This document shows, in pieces, positions 8,661 through 17,988 of a stretch of 37,896 nt of DNA. Under the pieces are notes generated by a model. The model made no database searches and was not told the origin of the DNA. It saw nothing but the letters and a program-made list of their open reading frames with translations. The stretch's first letter is position 1, and each line of letters opens with the position of its first letter. Made by a program: the position numbers and the translations under genes. This stretch comes from Rubrobacter sp. (GTDB lineage: Bacteria > Actinomycetota > Rubrobacteria > Rubrobacterales > Rubrobacteraceae), in NCBI GenBank assembly GCA_036280905.1, contig DASUPX010000144.1:1-37896 (forward strand), written 5' to 3'.

Positions 8661-10274
8661 GTGCAGAGGGCGCAGGATCTCGCGGAAGGCGTAGCTCGGG
8701 AAGACTCCGAGCAGTTCAGGATCGATGCCAGGGACTTTCTCTCAGCGCGGGAGCGCGGGGGAACCACGGGCACCCGCATAGACCAGCAGACGGCGGCCCT
8801 CTCCGACGCGGCCGAGATCGTCAACCGCAGCTTCCCCACCCTGGAACCTTCGGGCCGGTTCATAAACGCCATCTCGCCTGTCGTCATCCCGAACCGGCAG
8901 TCGCTGTTCTGGCGCCTTATGCCCATCGGGATGATGCTCGTGTTCTTCTTGCTCGGCGCGATGGCGTCGCTCGGCATCATAGGCCTCGCGGGCGGCGGGG
9001 TGGTGCTGGCGCTCCTGGGACCCCACCTGTGGCTGCTCCTGATCCTCCTGGCCTTCTTCTCCTGGTGGCGCCAGAGCGTGGTGGCGGTCCCGGACGGCAG
9101 CATGGCCGTGATCACCCGCTTCGGCAAGCTGGAGGAGGTCGTAGGGCCCGGGCGCAAGCTGCTCTTCAACCCGTGGAAGCAGGTCAGCTACATCGTCAAC
9201 ACCACCAGGGAGTACCCCTACAACGCGCCCATCAGGCAGGCCCCGACGGCCAGCAGGGTGAACGCGAGCGTCGACCTCTTCCTGCAGTTCAGGATAGAGG
9301 ACCCGGCCGAGTTTATCTTTACGGTCGGCGGGGTCAAGGGTTTCTCGGACAAGCTTGAGAACGCCATCAGCGAGGTTACGCGCGCCCTGATCTACGAGCA
9401 GCGCGCCGAGGATATCTACGACCTCGTGGGGGAGAGCACCCAGAAGTTCCTTGATTCCCTGAACGAGCAGTTCCTGCCAGCGGTGCGCTTCACCAACGCG
9501 AACATTACCCACGCCGAGCCCTCCAGCCAGGAGTACCGCATGGACCTCGCCGCCCCCGAGATGGTCAGGGTGGCCAAGGAGGCCTACACCTACGAGTACG
9601 AGCTCAGGCTGCGCAAGGAGCAGGACGAAGGCGAGCTGAGGGGTGAGCTCGCCTCGTTGCGCGAGACCCTGTCCGCGATCAGCGCCGAGATAGCGACCTA
9701 CCAGGCCCAGATCGACACCGCCCGCGAACGTGAGACGAACCGCGCCAACGCCAGCGCCCGCGAGAGGATGGTCGAGGCCGAGAGCACCGCCAACGCCAAC
9801 GCGGCCCTCCTGGAGGCGCAGGCGCTGGACATTCGGGCTGTAAGCAGCGCTGCGGCGCCGGAGATCCTGGAGTACCGCTTCCAACAGGACGTCCTGGAGA
9901 GGCTGGCCGCCGTCGCGGACAGGCTGCCCCAGGTGGTCCAGATCGGGAGCCACGACGGCGACGACGCAGTCGACTTCCTACAGATCTCGCGCCGTATGAT
10001 CGGGACCGGCAGCGAGCCGCTCTTTACGCCCGAGGACATGCAGGCCATAAGGGACAGGATGGAGGAGATCCAGGCCCGCATCCGGGAACGCTCCAAGGAG
10101 CTCGACAGCCTCTCCAACGGCCACGAGGCACCTCCCGAAGATGAACCGCTACAGCAGCCGGCTGCCGAAGAGGAGAACGCGGACAGGATCGAGGAGATCC
10201 GTCAGTCCGTCACCGACCAGGCCGTGCGCGAACGCGTCGAGCGTATAGGCTCCGATGGGGAGGAGGGGCGATGA
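8661..10274 (+). CDS. SPFH/band-7 domain membrane protein (paralog 1)
   Basis: Two TM helices, then VPDGSMAVITRFGKLEEVVGPG...VDLFLQFRIEDP, followed by an Ala/Glu-rich coiled coil. GGAGG at 8648-8652 supports GTG 8661 (alternative ATG 8622). Confidence 0.85.
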   Translation: MQRAQDLAEGVAREDSEQFRIDARDFLSARERGGTTGTRIDQQTAALSDAAEIVNRSFPTLEPSGRFINAISPVVIPNRQSLFWRLMPIGMMLVFFLLGAMASLGIIGLAGGGVVLALLGPHLWLLLILLAFFSWWRQSVVAVPDGSMAVITRFGKLEEVVGPGRKLLFNPWKQVSYIVNTTREYPYNAPIRQAPTASRVNASVDLFLQFRIEDPAEFIFTVGGVKGFSDKLENAISEVTRALIYEQRAEDIYDLVGESTQKFLDSLNEQFLPAVRFTNANITHAEPSSQEYRMDLAAPEMVRVAKEAYTYEYELRLRKEQDEGELRGELASLRETLSAISAEIATYQAQIDTARERETNRANASARERMVEAESTANANAALLEAQALDIRAVSSAAAPEILEYRFQQDVLERLAAVADRLPQVVQIGSHDGDDAVDFLQISRRMIGTGSEPLFTPEDMQAIRDRMEEIQARIRERSKELDSLSNGHEAPPEDEPLQQPAAEEENADRIEEIRQSVTDQAVRERVERIGSDGEEGR

Positions 10275-11605
10275 CCGAGACGGTGCAGTCCGTACAGGCG
10301 CAGATGCAACCGCAGGTCCAGGCGCAGACAGGCGCCAGGATGCAGGAGTTCTCCAGGATCAAAGAGGTCGTCTCGGGCTGGTCAGGGGTCAGGCAGTACC
10401 TGCGGGGCGGCGACGCCGGCCAGATAGTTCCCGTGGTGATCCCGAAGGACCGCAGGCGCTACGGTTGGCTCTTCCTCCTCGGTATCGGGGCTTACCTGCT
10501 GGGCTTCGCGCTCTTCTCGGGGAGCGCGGTGCTCGCCGTGCTGACCGTTCTGCTCGCCGTCCTGTTCTTCGGGCTTGCCCTGCTGTGGCTGTGGCGGGGC
10601 GCTATCGTAGAGATCGAACAGGGCACGACCGGCGTGCGCTCGCGTTACGGGAGGATAGAAGGCACCCTCCCGCCGGGCCGCCACTACCTCTGGCGGCCGT
10701 GGGACAAGGTGGAGTTCGTGGTCGACACGGCGACGGAGATCCCCTACCTGGCTCCGGTGGCGGTATGCCCCACGCGGGAGAACGTGCCCCTCAAGGCGAT
10801 CGAGTTCTTCCTGAAGTTCAGGATAGTGGAGCCCCTGGCCTTCGTGCGCGTGATCGGGGCCTCAAACTTCGACCTGGTCCTCTCCAGCGCCGTACAGGAC
10901 GCCATCCGCCAGCGCAGCCGGCAGGTGAGCACGGAGAAGGCCTACGACCTGCGCGGCAGCGACGTGGGCGACATGCAGAACTACCTGAACCGCCAGCTCG
11001 CCCAGTACGGGGTTCGCATCCTCGGGGCCAACATCCCCGACGTGCAGCTCCCCGACCAGTACCAGCAGCACCTCGCCACCCGCGAGCGCGTGGCCAAGGA
11101 GCTCGCCGCCTACGAGCGCGAGTGGGAGCTGACCCGCAAACAGCGCATCGATACCCTGCTCATGGAGATAGAGCGCTCCAAGAAAGACCGCGCCGCCCGC
11201 CTCATCGAGGTAAAGGAAGCCCGCAACCGCGCCCGCCAGGACGTGGCGCGCATGCTAGAGGAGCAGGAGACCGAGGCCCAGCGCGTGCGCCTGGAGATAG
11301 AGACGCGCGGCAGGGCCGCCCTGACCGAGGCCGAGAACGAGGCCACGGCCCTCCGCCACCTCGGCCAGGCCCACCGCGACAACCGCGCCGTGGTCCGCTA
11401 CGAGCTGGCGCGCCGCAGGGTCGAGATCGGTGAGAAGCTCATGAAACGCGCCCCACGACCCTTCCTGATCCGTGGCGAAGGCGGAGAGCAATCGGCCTTG
11501 TCCACCCTTCTCCTCGCCAGGCTCCTCCCACAACTGACCCAGAACGGGAACAGCGTGCAGGACGCCAGCGAGGCCCTGCGGGACCTGGCAGACGGCGAGG
11601 GCTGA
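10271..11605 (+). CDS. SPFH/band-7 domain membrane protein (paralog 2)
   Basis: ATGA overlap with paralog 1 and a GGAGGAGG RBS. Two TM helices, IEQGTTGVRSRYGRIEGTLPPGRHY, PTRENV, YGVRILGANIPDVQLP, then a coiled coil. Confidence 0.88.
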   Translation: MTETVQSVQAQMQPQVQAQTGARMQEFSRIKEVVSGWSGVRQYLRGGDAGQIVPVVIPKDRRRYGWLFLLGIGAYLLGFALFSGSAVLAVLTVLLAVLFFGLALLWLWRGAIVEIEQGTTGVRSRYGRIEGTLPPGRHYLWRPWDKVEFVVDTATEIPYLAPVAVCPTRENVPLKAIEFFLKFRIVEPLAFVRVIGASNFDLVLSSAVQDAIRQRSRQVSTEKAYDLRGSDVGDMQNYLNRQLAQYGVRILGANIPDVQLPDQYQQHLATRERVAKELAAYEREWELTRKQRIDTLLMEIERSKKDRAARLIEVKEARNRARQDVARMLEEQETEAQRVRLEIETRGRAALTEAENEATALRHLGQAHRDNRAVVRYELARRRVEIGEKLMKRAPRPFLIRGEGGEQSALSTLLLARLLPQLTQNGNSVQDASEALRDLADGEG

Positions 11606-11609
11606 AAAA

Positions 11610-11632
11610 AGGCTACAGGTATCAGGCTTCAG
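11610..11632 (+). repeat. 23-nt element, copy 1 (heptamer-based)
   Basis: AGGCTACAGGTATCAGGCTTCAG, 22/23 identical to the reverse complement of 12881-12903. Confidence 0.8.
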
Positions 11633-11655
11633 TTAGAGCTGATGGCTGATGGCTA

Positions 11656-12801
11656 TCAGCTCTGATCCGGCACTATCCTGCGGTATGCCTCGGGGTCGGT
11701 GGCGCCTTCGCAGTTGAAGAGGAGGACGCGGGTGTTTCCGTTTGCGCCAAGCAGCCGGCGTGTCCCCTCGTGTTCTTTGGAGTGCAGGAGTTCGAGCAAA
11801 CAGCCGAGGCCAGCAGCCCCGGTCTCGCCGGAGACTATGCCAGACCTGGCCGCCAGGCGCATCGCCTCGCGTGCCGGGTCGTCGTCCATGGTCACCAGTA
11901 CGTCGATGGTACTGGACAGGATCGGCCACGCCACGAGGGATGGTCTGCCGCAGTTGAGGCCGGCCATTATGGAGTCGTGCGGGCCAGGCACGGTGACGAG
12001 CCGTCCCGCCGAGACGGATCGAAAGAGGCAATCGGCCCTCGCTGGCTCCACGGTGACGAGCTTCGGACTGTGTGGTACTTCGGGACGGCGGAAGTGTCTG
12101 GCTACGGCCGCGGCGAAGGCGCCGACGCCAACCTGCGCGACCACCAGGTCTGGCCCTGGTTCGTCTCTTCCCGCGAGCTGGTCTTCGATCTCCCAGAGCA
12201 TCGTGGAGTAGCCCTCGATCACCCAGGTTGGAACACGCTCGTAGCCGGGCCAGGAAGTGTCGGAGATCAGGAGCCCCTCCGCCTCGGATGATCTCTCGAC
12301 GGCCTCGTCGTAGCCGCCATCGACCACGACTACCTCGGCCCCCTCCCCGGCGATTGCCTCGCGCCTCGCCGCGGCCATGTCCCCGGGAACGAAGATCCTC
12401 GCCCGCAACCCCAGCAGCCGCGCCACCCGCGCCAGGGCACGCCCATGGTTGCCGTCGGTGGCGGCCACGAGCGAGAGCGGTCGCAAGGGTTCCAGTCGTT
12501 GCCTCAGGTCTTCGATGGTCTGCCACCCACCGAAACCTCTGTCCCCAAGGCGTACCTCTAGCGCCCTGTATACGGCCCACGAGGCGCCGAGGACCTTGAA
12601 GGCGGGCAGCCCGAGCCGGCTCGACTCATCTTTCACAAGTACCTTGCCAACGCCGAGAGCCTCGGCCAGTCGCGGAGCATCGACGAGCGGTGTCTCCTCG
12701 TAACCTGGCAGCCGGCGGTGGAATTCAAGAGGCGAACGGTCGGGCGTCGGCCCGACGAAGCTCTCTCCGGCTTTTGGGTTGACGAGGGTCCTGATGCTCA
12801 T
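11656..12801 (-). CDS. dpaL: Diaminopropionate ammonia-lyase (PLP-dependent)
   Basis: KDESSRLGLPAFKVLGASWA (PLP lysine), ATDGNHGRA, SDTSWPGY, SIMAGLNCG, GETGAAG. Confidence 0.88.
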   Translation of the reverse strand: MSIRTLVNPKAGESFVGPTPDRSPLEFHRRLPGYEETPLVDAPRLAEALGVGKVLVKDESSRLGLPAFKVLGASWAVYRALEVRLGDRGFGGWQTIEDLRQRLEPLRPLSLVAATDGNHGRALARVARLLGLRARIFVPGDMAAARREAIAGEGAEVVVVDGGYDEAVERSSEAEGLLISDTSWPGYERVPTWVIEGYSTMLWEIEDQLAGRDEPGPDLVVAQVGVGAFAAAVARHFRRPEVPHSPKLVTVEPARADCLFRSVSAGRLVTVPGPHDSIMAGLNCGRPSLVAWPILSSTIDVLVTMDDDPAREAMRLAARSGIVSGETGAAGLGCLLELLHSKEHEGTRRLLGANGNTRVLLFNCEGATDPEAYRRIVPDQS

Positions 12802-12880
12802 GGGAAATCGATTCTAGATCGTCTCTCCGGGAAGAGCGAACCCAGGGTGATCGATGGCCACGGGCATCGGGCCATCTTTC

Positions 12881-12903
12881 CTGAAGCCTGAAACCTGTAG
12901 CCT
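12881..12903 (-). repeat. 23-nt element, copy 2 (inverted)
   Basis: Minus strand reads AGGCTACAGGTTTCAGGCTTCAG, just 3' of the cimA stop. Confidence 0.8.
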
Positions 12904-12926
12904 GATGTCTTGTCCCCGATTCGTCA

Positions 12927-14483
12927 TCACGTCTTCTTCGGCCCGTTCACGCCGTATTCGAGGCCGTCTACCAGAGCTTGCCAGGAAGCTTCGATGATAT
13001 TTTCGGAGACGCCTACGGCGCCCCACATTCGCTTGCCGTCTGTCGAGTCTATGAGGACGCGGGTCGTGGCGGCGGTGGCGCGGTGCTCGTCCAGGATACG
13101 GACCTTGTAGTTGGAGAGGTGTATCTCCTTGAGCTCGGGATAGTGGGGCCCGATGGCCTCTCTCAGTGCTCCGTCAAGGGCGTTTACGGGTCCGTTGCCC
13201 TCGGCGGTCGAGATCACCCTGTGGCCGTCCACGGAGAGCTTTATGGTCGCCTCCGTCGTGGTATGACCTCCGGCGCGCTTCTCGGTGATGATCCTGAACG
13301 TCTCCAGTTCGAAGAGCGGCGTGTCATCTCCCGTGGTCCGTCCGATGAGCAGGGCCAGCGACGCGTCGGCGGCCTCGTAGTGGTACCCCTCGTACTCGCG
13401 CTGCTTGATCGCCCCGAGCACCTCCGTCGCGTCCCCCGGCTCCAGCCCAAGCTCCTCGGCCTTGGCCCTTATGGAGTTCTTGCCCGAGAGCTCGCCCACG
13501 GGGGTGCGGCGCACGTTTCCAACGACCTCGGGTCCGACGTGCTCGTAGGTTGCTGGGTCTTTTGAGATGCCGTCGACGTGCAGCCCGCCCTTGTGGGCGA
13601 AGGCGCTGCGTCCGACGTAGGGTCTGTGTGTGTCCGGGGTGAGGTTCATTAGCTCGGAGACGTAGTTGGAGGTCTCCGTCAGACGCCGCAATTGGTCCTC
13701 TTCCATCATCTTGAGGCCCATCTTGAGCTGCAGATTGGCGATGGTCGTGACGAGGTCGCAGTTGCCGCACCGTTCGCCCACGCCGTTTACCGTCCCCTGC
13801 ACGTGCGTCGCCCCAGCCTCGACCGCGGCCAGGGCGTTGGCCACCCCGCACCCCGCGTCGTTGTGCGTGTGTATGCCTACCCTGACGTCGGGGAACTCGC
13901 GCACGGTCCGCGCCACGATCGCCTTCAACTCGGTCGGGAGGGTGCCGCCGTTGGTGTCGCAGAGGACAAGCGTGGTGGCCCCGGCCTCGGCGGCGGCCCG
14001 AAGCAGCGTCAGCGAGTACGCCGGGTCGTCGCGAAAGCCGTCGAAGTAGTGCTCGGCGTCGAAGATGACCTCTTTGCCGGCGTCGGCGAGGTAGGAGACG
14101 GTGTCCCTGACGGACTCCAGGTTCTCCTCCGGCGTGGTCCTGAGGACCTTCTCGACATGAAGCTTCCAGCCCTTGGCGACGATGCAGGCGACGGGCGCCG
14201 AGAGGGAGGGCAGTAGCGTGACGGCGGGGTCGTCCTCGGCTCTCCCGCCGGGCCGCCGCGCCCGCGTGAAGGCGACGAGCCTCGCCTGCGAGAGCGAGGC
14301 GGCGTCGAAGCTCTCGAAGAACTCCAGGTCCTTTGGGTTTGAGGCCGGGAAGCCCGCCTCAATGTAGTGGATGCCCAGAGAGTCGAGCTCGTAGGCTATG
14401 CGGGCCTTGTCCTCGGCAGTCAGGGTCACCCCCTCGCGCTGGGTCCCGTCGCGTAGGGTCGTATCGAAAAGCTCTATGCTCAT
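12927..14483 (-). CDS. cimA: Citramalate synthase
   Basis: DTTLRDGTQREG, FDAEHYFDG, LCDTNGG, HTHND, FAHKGGLH, YEAADAS, GNGPVNALD. ATG 14483 follows GGAGG and overlaps the leuB stop. Confidence 0.92.
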   Translation of the reverse strand: MSIELFDTTLRDGTQREGVTLTAEDKARIAYELDSLGIHYIEAGFPASNPKDLEFFESFDAASLSQARLVAFTRARRPGGRAEDDPAVTLLPSLSAPVACIVAKGWKLHVEKVLRTTPEENLESVRDTVSYLADAGKEVIFDAEHYFDGFRDDPAYSLTLLRAAAEAGATTLVLCDTNGGTLPTELKAIVARTVREFPDVRVGIHTHNDAGCGVANALAAVEAGATHVQGTVNGVGERCGNCDLVTTIANLQLKMGLKMMEEDQLRRLTETSNYVSELMNLTPDTHRPYVGRSAFAHKGGLHVDGISKDPATYEHVGPEVVGNVRRTPVGELSGKNSIRAKAEELGLEPGDATEVLGAIKQREYEGYHYEAADASLALLIGRTTGDDTPLFELETFRIITEKRAGGHTTTEATIKLSVDGHRVISTAEGNGPVNALDGALREAIGPHYPELKEIHLSNYKVRILDEHRATAATTRVLIDSTDGKRMWGAVGVSENIIEASWQALVDGLEYGVNGPKKT

Positions 14484-15547
14484 ATCACGCCCTCCCCTGC
14501 CCCGACCCACTGGCTCACGGCCTTCGTGACCTCTTCGGTCGTCTTCTTGCCGCCGAGGTCGGGGGTTAGATAGTGGGCCTCCAGGGCCACGGAGACGCCC
14601 TGCTCGATGGCCTCGGCCACGTCGGGCCGGCCAAGGGTGTGCCTGAACATCATGGCAGCTGACAGGATGGTTGCGTAGGGGTTGGCCTTACCCTCCCCCG
14701 CGATATCTGGGGCCGAGCCGTGCACGGGCTCGAAGATGCCGGGAGAGCCTGGTTCGCCCAACGACGCGCTCGGGAGCATCCCCATCGAGCCCGGGAGCAT
14801 GGCCGCCTCGTCGGAGAGGATGTCGCCGAAGAGGTTCTCGGTCAACATAACGTCGAACCTCCCCGGGGACTGGACGAGATACATGGCCGCGGCGTCAACC
14901 AGGATGTGGTCGAGCTCCACCCTGGGGTAGTCTCGGCCTACCTCGGTGACCACCCTGCGCCACAGCCGGCTGGTGGCCATGACGTTGGCCTTGTCCACGC
15001 TTGTAACCCGCCGCCGGCGCCGGGTGGCGGCGTCGAAAGCGACCCGCGCCACCCGCTCTATCTCCTCCCTCGTGTACAGGCACAGGTCACTCGCCCGGTC
15101 CTCGCCCTCCTCTTTCTCCCCGAAGTAGGTGCCACCCGTCAGCTCCCTCACGATCAGCACGTCCACGCCCTCGACCACCTCGGGCTTGAGGGGGGACGAC
15201 GCGAGCAGCGCCGGTATTGCCTCGACGGGCCTGAGGTTGGCGAAGGCCCCGAGGTGCTTTCTAAGGCCGAGCAGGCCCGCTTCTGGGCGTACCGGGGCGT
15301 CGTCGAAGTCGGGGTGGCCGACCGCCCCGAGCAGGACCGAGTCGGAGGCGAGGGCCGCATCAAGGGTCTCCCCGGAGACGGCCTCTCCCTCCTCGCGGAG
15401 GGCGATGCCGCCGATCCTGCGTTCCGTGTAGCTTATCTCCAGGTCGAAGTGGTCGGCCGCGGCGTCTATTACCTCGCGGGCTGCCCCGACCACCTCCGGT
15501 CCTATGCCGTCCCCGGGTAGCAGTAGTATCTCGAATGAGTCTCGCAA
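14480..15547 (-). CDS. leuB: 3-isopropylmalate dehydrogenase
   Basis: LPGDGIGPEV, ANLRP, RELTGG, DKANV, NLFGDILSDEA, EPVHGSAPDIAG. TTG 15547 follows AGGAGG. Confidence 0.95.
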   Translation of the reverse strand: MRDSFEILLLPGDGIGPEVVGAAREVIDAAADHFDLEISYTERRIGGIALREEGEAVSGETLDAALASDSVLLGAVGHPDFDDAPVRPEAGLLGLRKHLGAFANLRPVEAIPALLASSPLKPEVVEGVDVLIVRELTGGTYFGEKEEGEDRASDLCLYTREEIERVARVAFDAATRRRRRVTSVDKANVMATSRLWRRVVTEVGRDYPRVELDHILVDAAAMYLVQSPGRFDVMLTENLFGDILSDEAAMLPGSMGMLPSASLGEPGSPGIFEPVHGSAPDIAGEGKANPYATILSAAMMFRHTLGRPDVAEAIEQGVSVALEAHYLTPDLGGKKTTEEVTKAVSQWVGAGEGVI

Positions 15548-15558
15548 AGCGTATCCTC

Positions 15559-16329
15559 CTAGAACTCGGGCCTCGACGCGAGCCACTCCCGCCCACCTGG
15601 GCCGAGGGCCTCCGCGAGCAACTCCTCGGCCCGCTCTTCGTCGACTATCTCGTCTTGCTCCCAGAGACCGTAGAAGAGGCGTTCCAGCAAGGCCTCTCCG
15701 AAGGCATCGAGCGCCGCCTCCGCCAGAACCAGAAGCAGGTTCTGGAACGACATCTGGTCTTCCGGCCCACCCGGGCCACGGAAGCTCCTCACCGTAAACC
15801 CTGGCTCTCTCTCTATCTGCGACAGGTGGGCGCCCAGCGGCAGGCCGGCCCTTCTCGCGACGGTCACCGAGGCGGCCTGCGGGACGAACTCCCCGAGCCA
15901 GACCGGGGTCCTCACGACCTCCCGCGAGAGCAGAAAAGCGTGGGCCAGCTCGTGCCAGACGATGAGCGGCAGCATCGCTTCCGTCTTCGGCCCGAACACG
16001 GGCGACAGGGACTCGGGCAGCACCAGAAGCGGCGGTTCTACCGAGCGGGTGAAGTAGGGGAGGCCGGGCGGGTAGGGAAGCGCGTTATCTCGCGGCGCAT
16101 CCCGCCAGTCCTCGTCCGCCACCAGGACCGCGGCGATCTCCGGCGTCCCTGCGGAGAGTACCCGGGAGAGGGCCCTGTAGCCCTCCTGTAGGTACTCCCC
16201 GATCTCCCGGGACTTCACCTCCAGGCGCGGGGCGTGGAGGACGGGAATGTTCCCATCCAGGCTCTCGTAACCCGGCGGGGCGCTATCCCTTCTCTCCGGG
16301 ATCTCTACGGCGCTACCCGCGCGTCCCAC
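15559..16329 (-). CDS. Hypothetical protein with HExxH zinc-metallopeptidase-like motif
   Basis: Fills the leuA-leuB gap on the same strand. WHELAH...PVWLGE. Start uncertain; it overlaps the leuA end. Confidence 0.7.
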   Translation of the reverse strand: MGRAGSAVEIPERRDSAPPGYESLDGNIPVLHAPRLEVKSREIGEYLQEGYRALSRVLSAGTPEIAAVLVADEDWRDAPRDNALPYPPGLPYFTRSVEPPLLVLPESLSPVFGPKTEAMLPLIVWHELAHAFLLSREVVRTPVWLGEFVPQAASVTVARRAGLPLGAHLSQIEREPGFTVRSFRGPGGPEDQMSFQNLLLVLAEAALDAFGEALLERLFYGLWEQDEIVDEERAEELLAEALGPGGREWLASRPEF

Positions 16330-17855
16330 CTGGCTCCGACCATGCCCGCCGTGTAGACGTTGACGGCCCGCACGTAGGCGCGCGCCGCCGCCTCGACAAC
16401 ATCCTGGGAGAGGCCGCGTCCGGCGTAGTCGTTCCCCTCGAACTCCACGGAGATCCTGACCTCGCCGAGGGCGTCCTTGCCGCCTGTTACGGCGTCGATG
16501 CGGAAGTCCGTTAGCCTGCCCTTGATGTTCGTGGCGGCGTCGATGGCGCGGAACACCGCGTCGACGGGGCCCTCGCCCTCGGCCTCGGCCTCGAACGTGC
16601 CCTGCTCGGCGTGCGAGATGGTCACGGCGGCCCTGCTCTGGCGGCCCGTTGCGGCTACCACCCGGAAAGACTCGAGCACGAACTTGCCCTCGAAGGAGCC
16701 CACCTCATCGGCCGCTATGGCCTCGAGGTCGGCTGCGGTTACGGTCTTCTTGTGGTCGGCTATCTCCTTGAAGCGGATGAAGGCCCGCTTGAGCACCTCG
16801 CCTTCCACGTAGTAGCCAAGCTCCTCCAGGGCGTCCTTCAGGGCGTGGCGGCCCGAGTGCTTGCCGAGAAAGATGTTCGTGCCTTCCAGGCCGATGTCTT
16901 CCTTGGTCATGATCTCGAAGGTGCGGCGGTCCTTTAGCACACCGTCCTGGTGGATGCCCGACTCGTGCAGGAAGGCGTTACGCCCCACGATAGCCTTGTT
17001 TGGGGGGACATCGTAGCCCGTAATGTTGGAGATCATGCGGCTCGTGTTGGCCAGCTGGCGCTTCTCCACCCCGACCTCGACGTCGTAGAAATCGGAGCGC
17101 GTGGCGAGCGCCATCACGACCTCCTCAAGGGAGGCGTTACCGGCCCTCTCCCCGATGCCGTTGATGGCGACCTCGACCTGGCCGGCCCCGATCTCCACCC
17201 CGGCGAGCGAGTTGGCGACGGCCATCCCCAGGTCGTCGTGGCAGTGGACCGAGAGGACCCGGTCAGAGAGCCCTGGCACCCGCGCCTGAAGCTCCTTCAG
17301 GAAGGCCGTGAACTCCACCGGCGTCGTGTAGCCCACGGTGTCGGCGATGTTGATCACGTCGGCCCCGGCCTCCACGGCCACCGCGACGACCTCGGAGAGA
17401 TACCCTATATCCGTGCGGGTCGCGTCCATGGGTGAGAACTCAACGTTCTCACATAAGCTCTTGGCAAGGGCCACGGCCTCACCGGCCCGCTGCAGGATGT
17501 CGTTCCTGTTCGAGCGCATCTGGTGCTCTATGTGCAGATCGCTGGTCCCAACGAAGGTGTGGATGCGCGGCCTCCCCGACCACTGCACGGCCTCCCACGC
17601 CCTGACGATGTCCTCCTCGTGAATGCGGGCGAGGCCGGCGATCCTCGGCCCAGCCACCTCGGCGGCGATGCGGGAGACCGACTCGAAATCCCCCTCGCTC
17701 GTAATTGGAAAGCCCGCCTCTATCACATCGACCTTCAGGCGGGCGAGCTGGCGGGCTATCTCTACTTTCTCCTCCACCGACAGGGAGATGCCGGGCGACT
17801 GTTCACCGTCGCGGAGGGTGGTGTCGAAGATCTCTACTCGACGCATCTGTCTCAT
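16305..17855 (-). CDS. leuA: 2-isopropylmalate synthase
   Basis: FDTTLRDGEQSPG, HCHDDLGMAVANS, GIGERAGN, HESGIHQDG, LGKHSGR, plus C-terminal regulatory domain. Alternative ATG 17846. Confidence 0.95.
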   Translation of the reverse strand: MRQMRRVEIFDTTLRDGEQSPGISLSVEEKVEIARQLARLKVDVIEAGFPITSEGDFESVSRIAAEVAGPRIAGLARIHEEDIVRAWEAVQWSGRPRIHTFVGTSDLHIEHQMRSNRNDILQRAGEAVALAKSLCENVEFSPMDATRTDIGYLSEVVAVAVEAGADVINIADTVGYTTPVEFTAFLKELQARVPGLSDRVLSVHCHDDLGMAVANSLAGVEIGAGQVEVAINGIGERAGNASLEEVVMALATRSDFYDVEVGVEKRQLANTSRMISNITGYDVPPNKAIVGRNAFLHESGIHQDGVLKDRRTFEIMTKEDIGLEGTNIFLGKHSGRHALKDALEELGYYVEGEVLKRAFIRFKEIADHKKTVTAADLEAIAADEVGSFEGKFVLESFRVVAATGRQSRAAVTISHAEQGTFEAEAEGEGPVDAVFRAIDAATNIKGRLTDFRIDAVTGGKDALGEVRISVEFEGNDYAGRGLSQDVVEAAARAYVRAVNVYTAGMVGARWDARVAP

Positions 17856-17919
17856 CCTCTCTACATCGAAAACGAAGCTTGAAGTGCGGCCTGGTGTGTG
17901 GTGGCCGCGGGCAGCCCGG

Positions 17920-17988
17920 CTAGAGACCGGGACGGGTAATTCGCCCGCAGGCCACCCTGGTTAGTCGTAGAGCGGAGGAGAGAGGCAC
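17920..17988 (-). promoter_or_regulatory. Putative leuA leader peptide / attenuator (VPLSSALRLTRVACGRITRPGL)
   Basis: 22-codon uORF containing CTA-CGA-CTA. Stem 17956-17943 pairs with 17912-17900, and that 3' arm can alternatively pair with 17891-17886. Confidence 0.6.

Noticed and set aside
8531-9169. 213-aa N-terminal extension of the glycosyltransferase ORF
   Set aside because: Overlaps the SPFH gene on the opposite strand. The membrane-protein sequence begins near GTG 8530.
15515-15547. Rare codons ATA CTA CTG CTA at the start of leuB as a leucine sensor
   Set aside because: AT-rich rare codons are common at 5' ends of genes, and no associated structure was seen.
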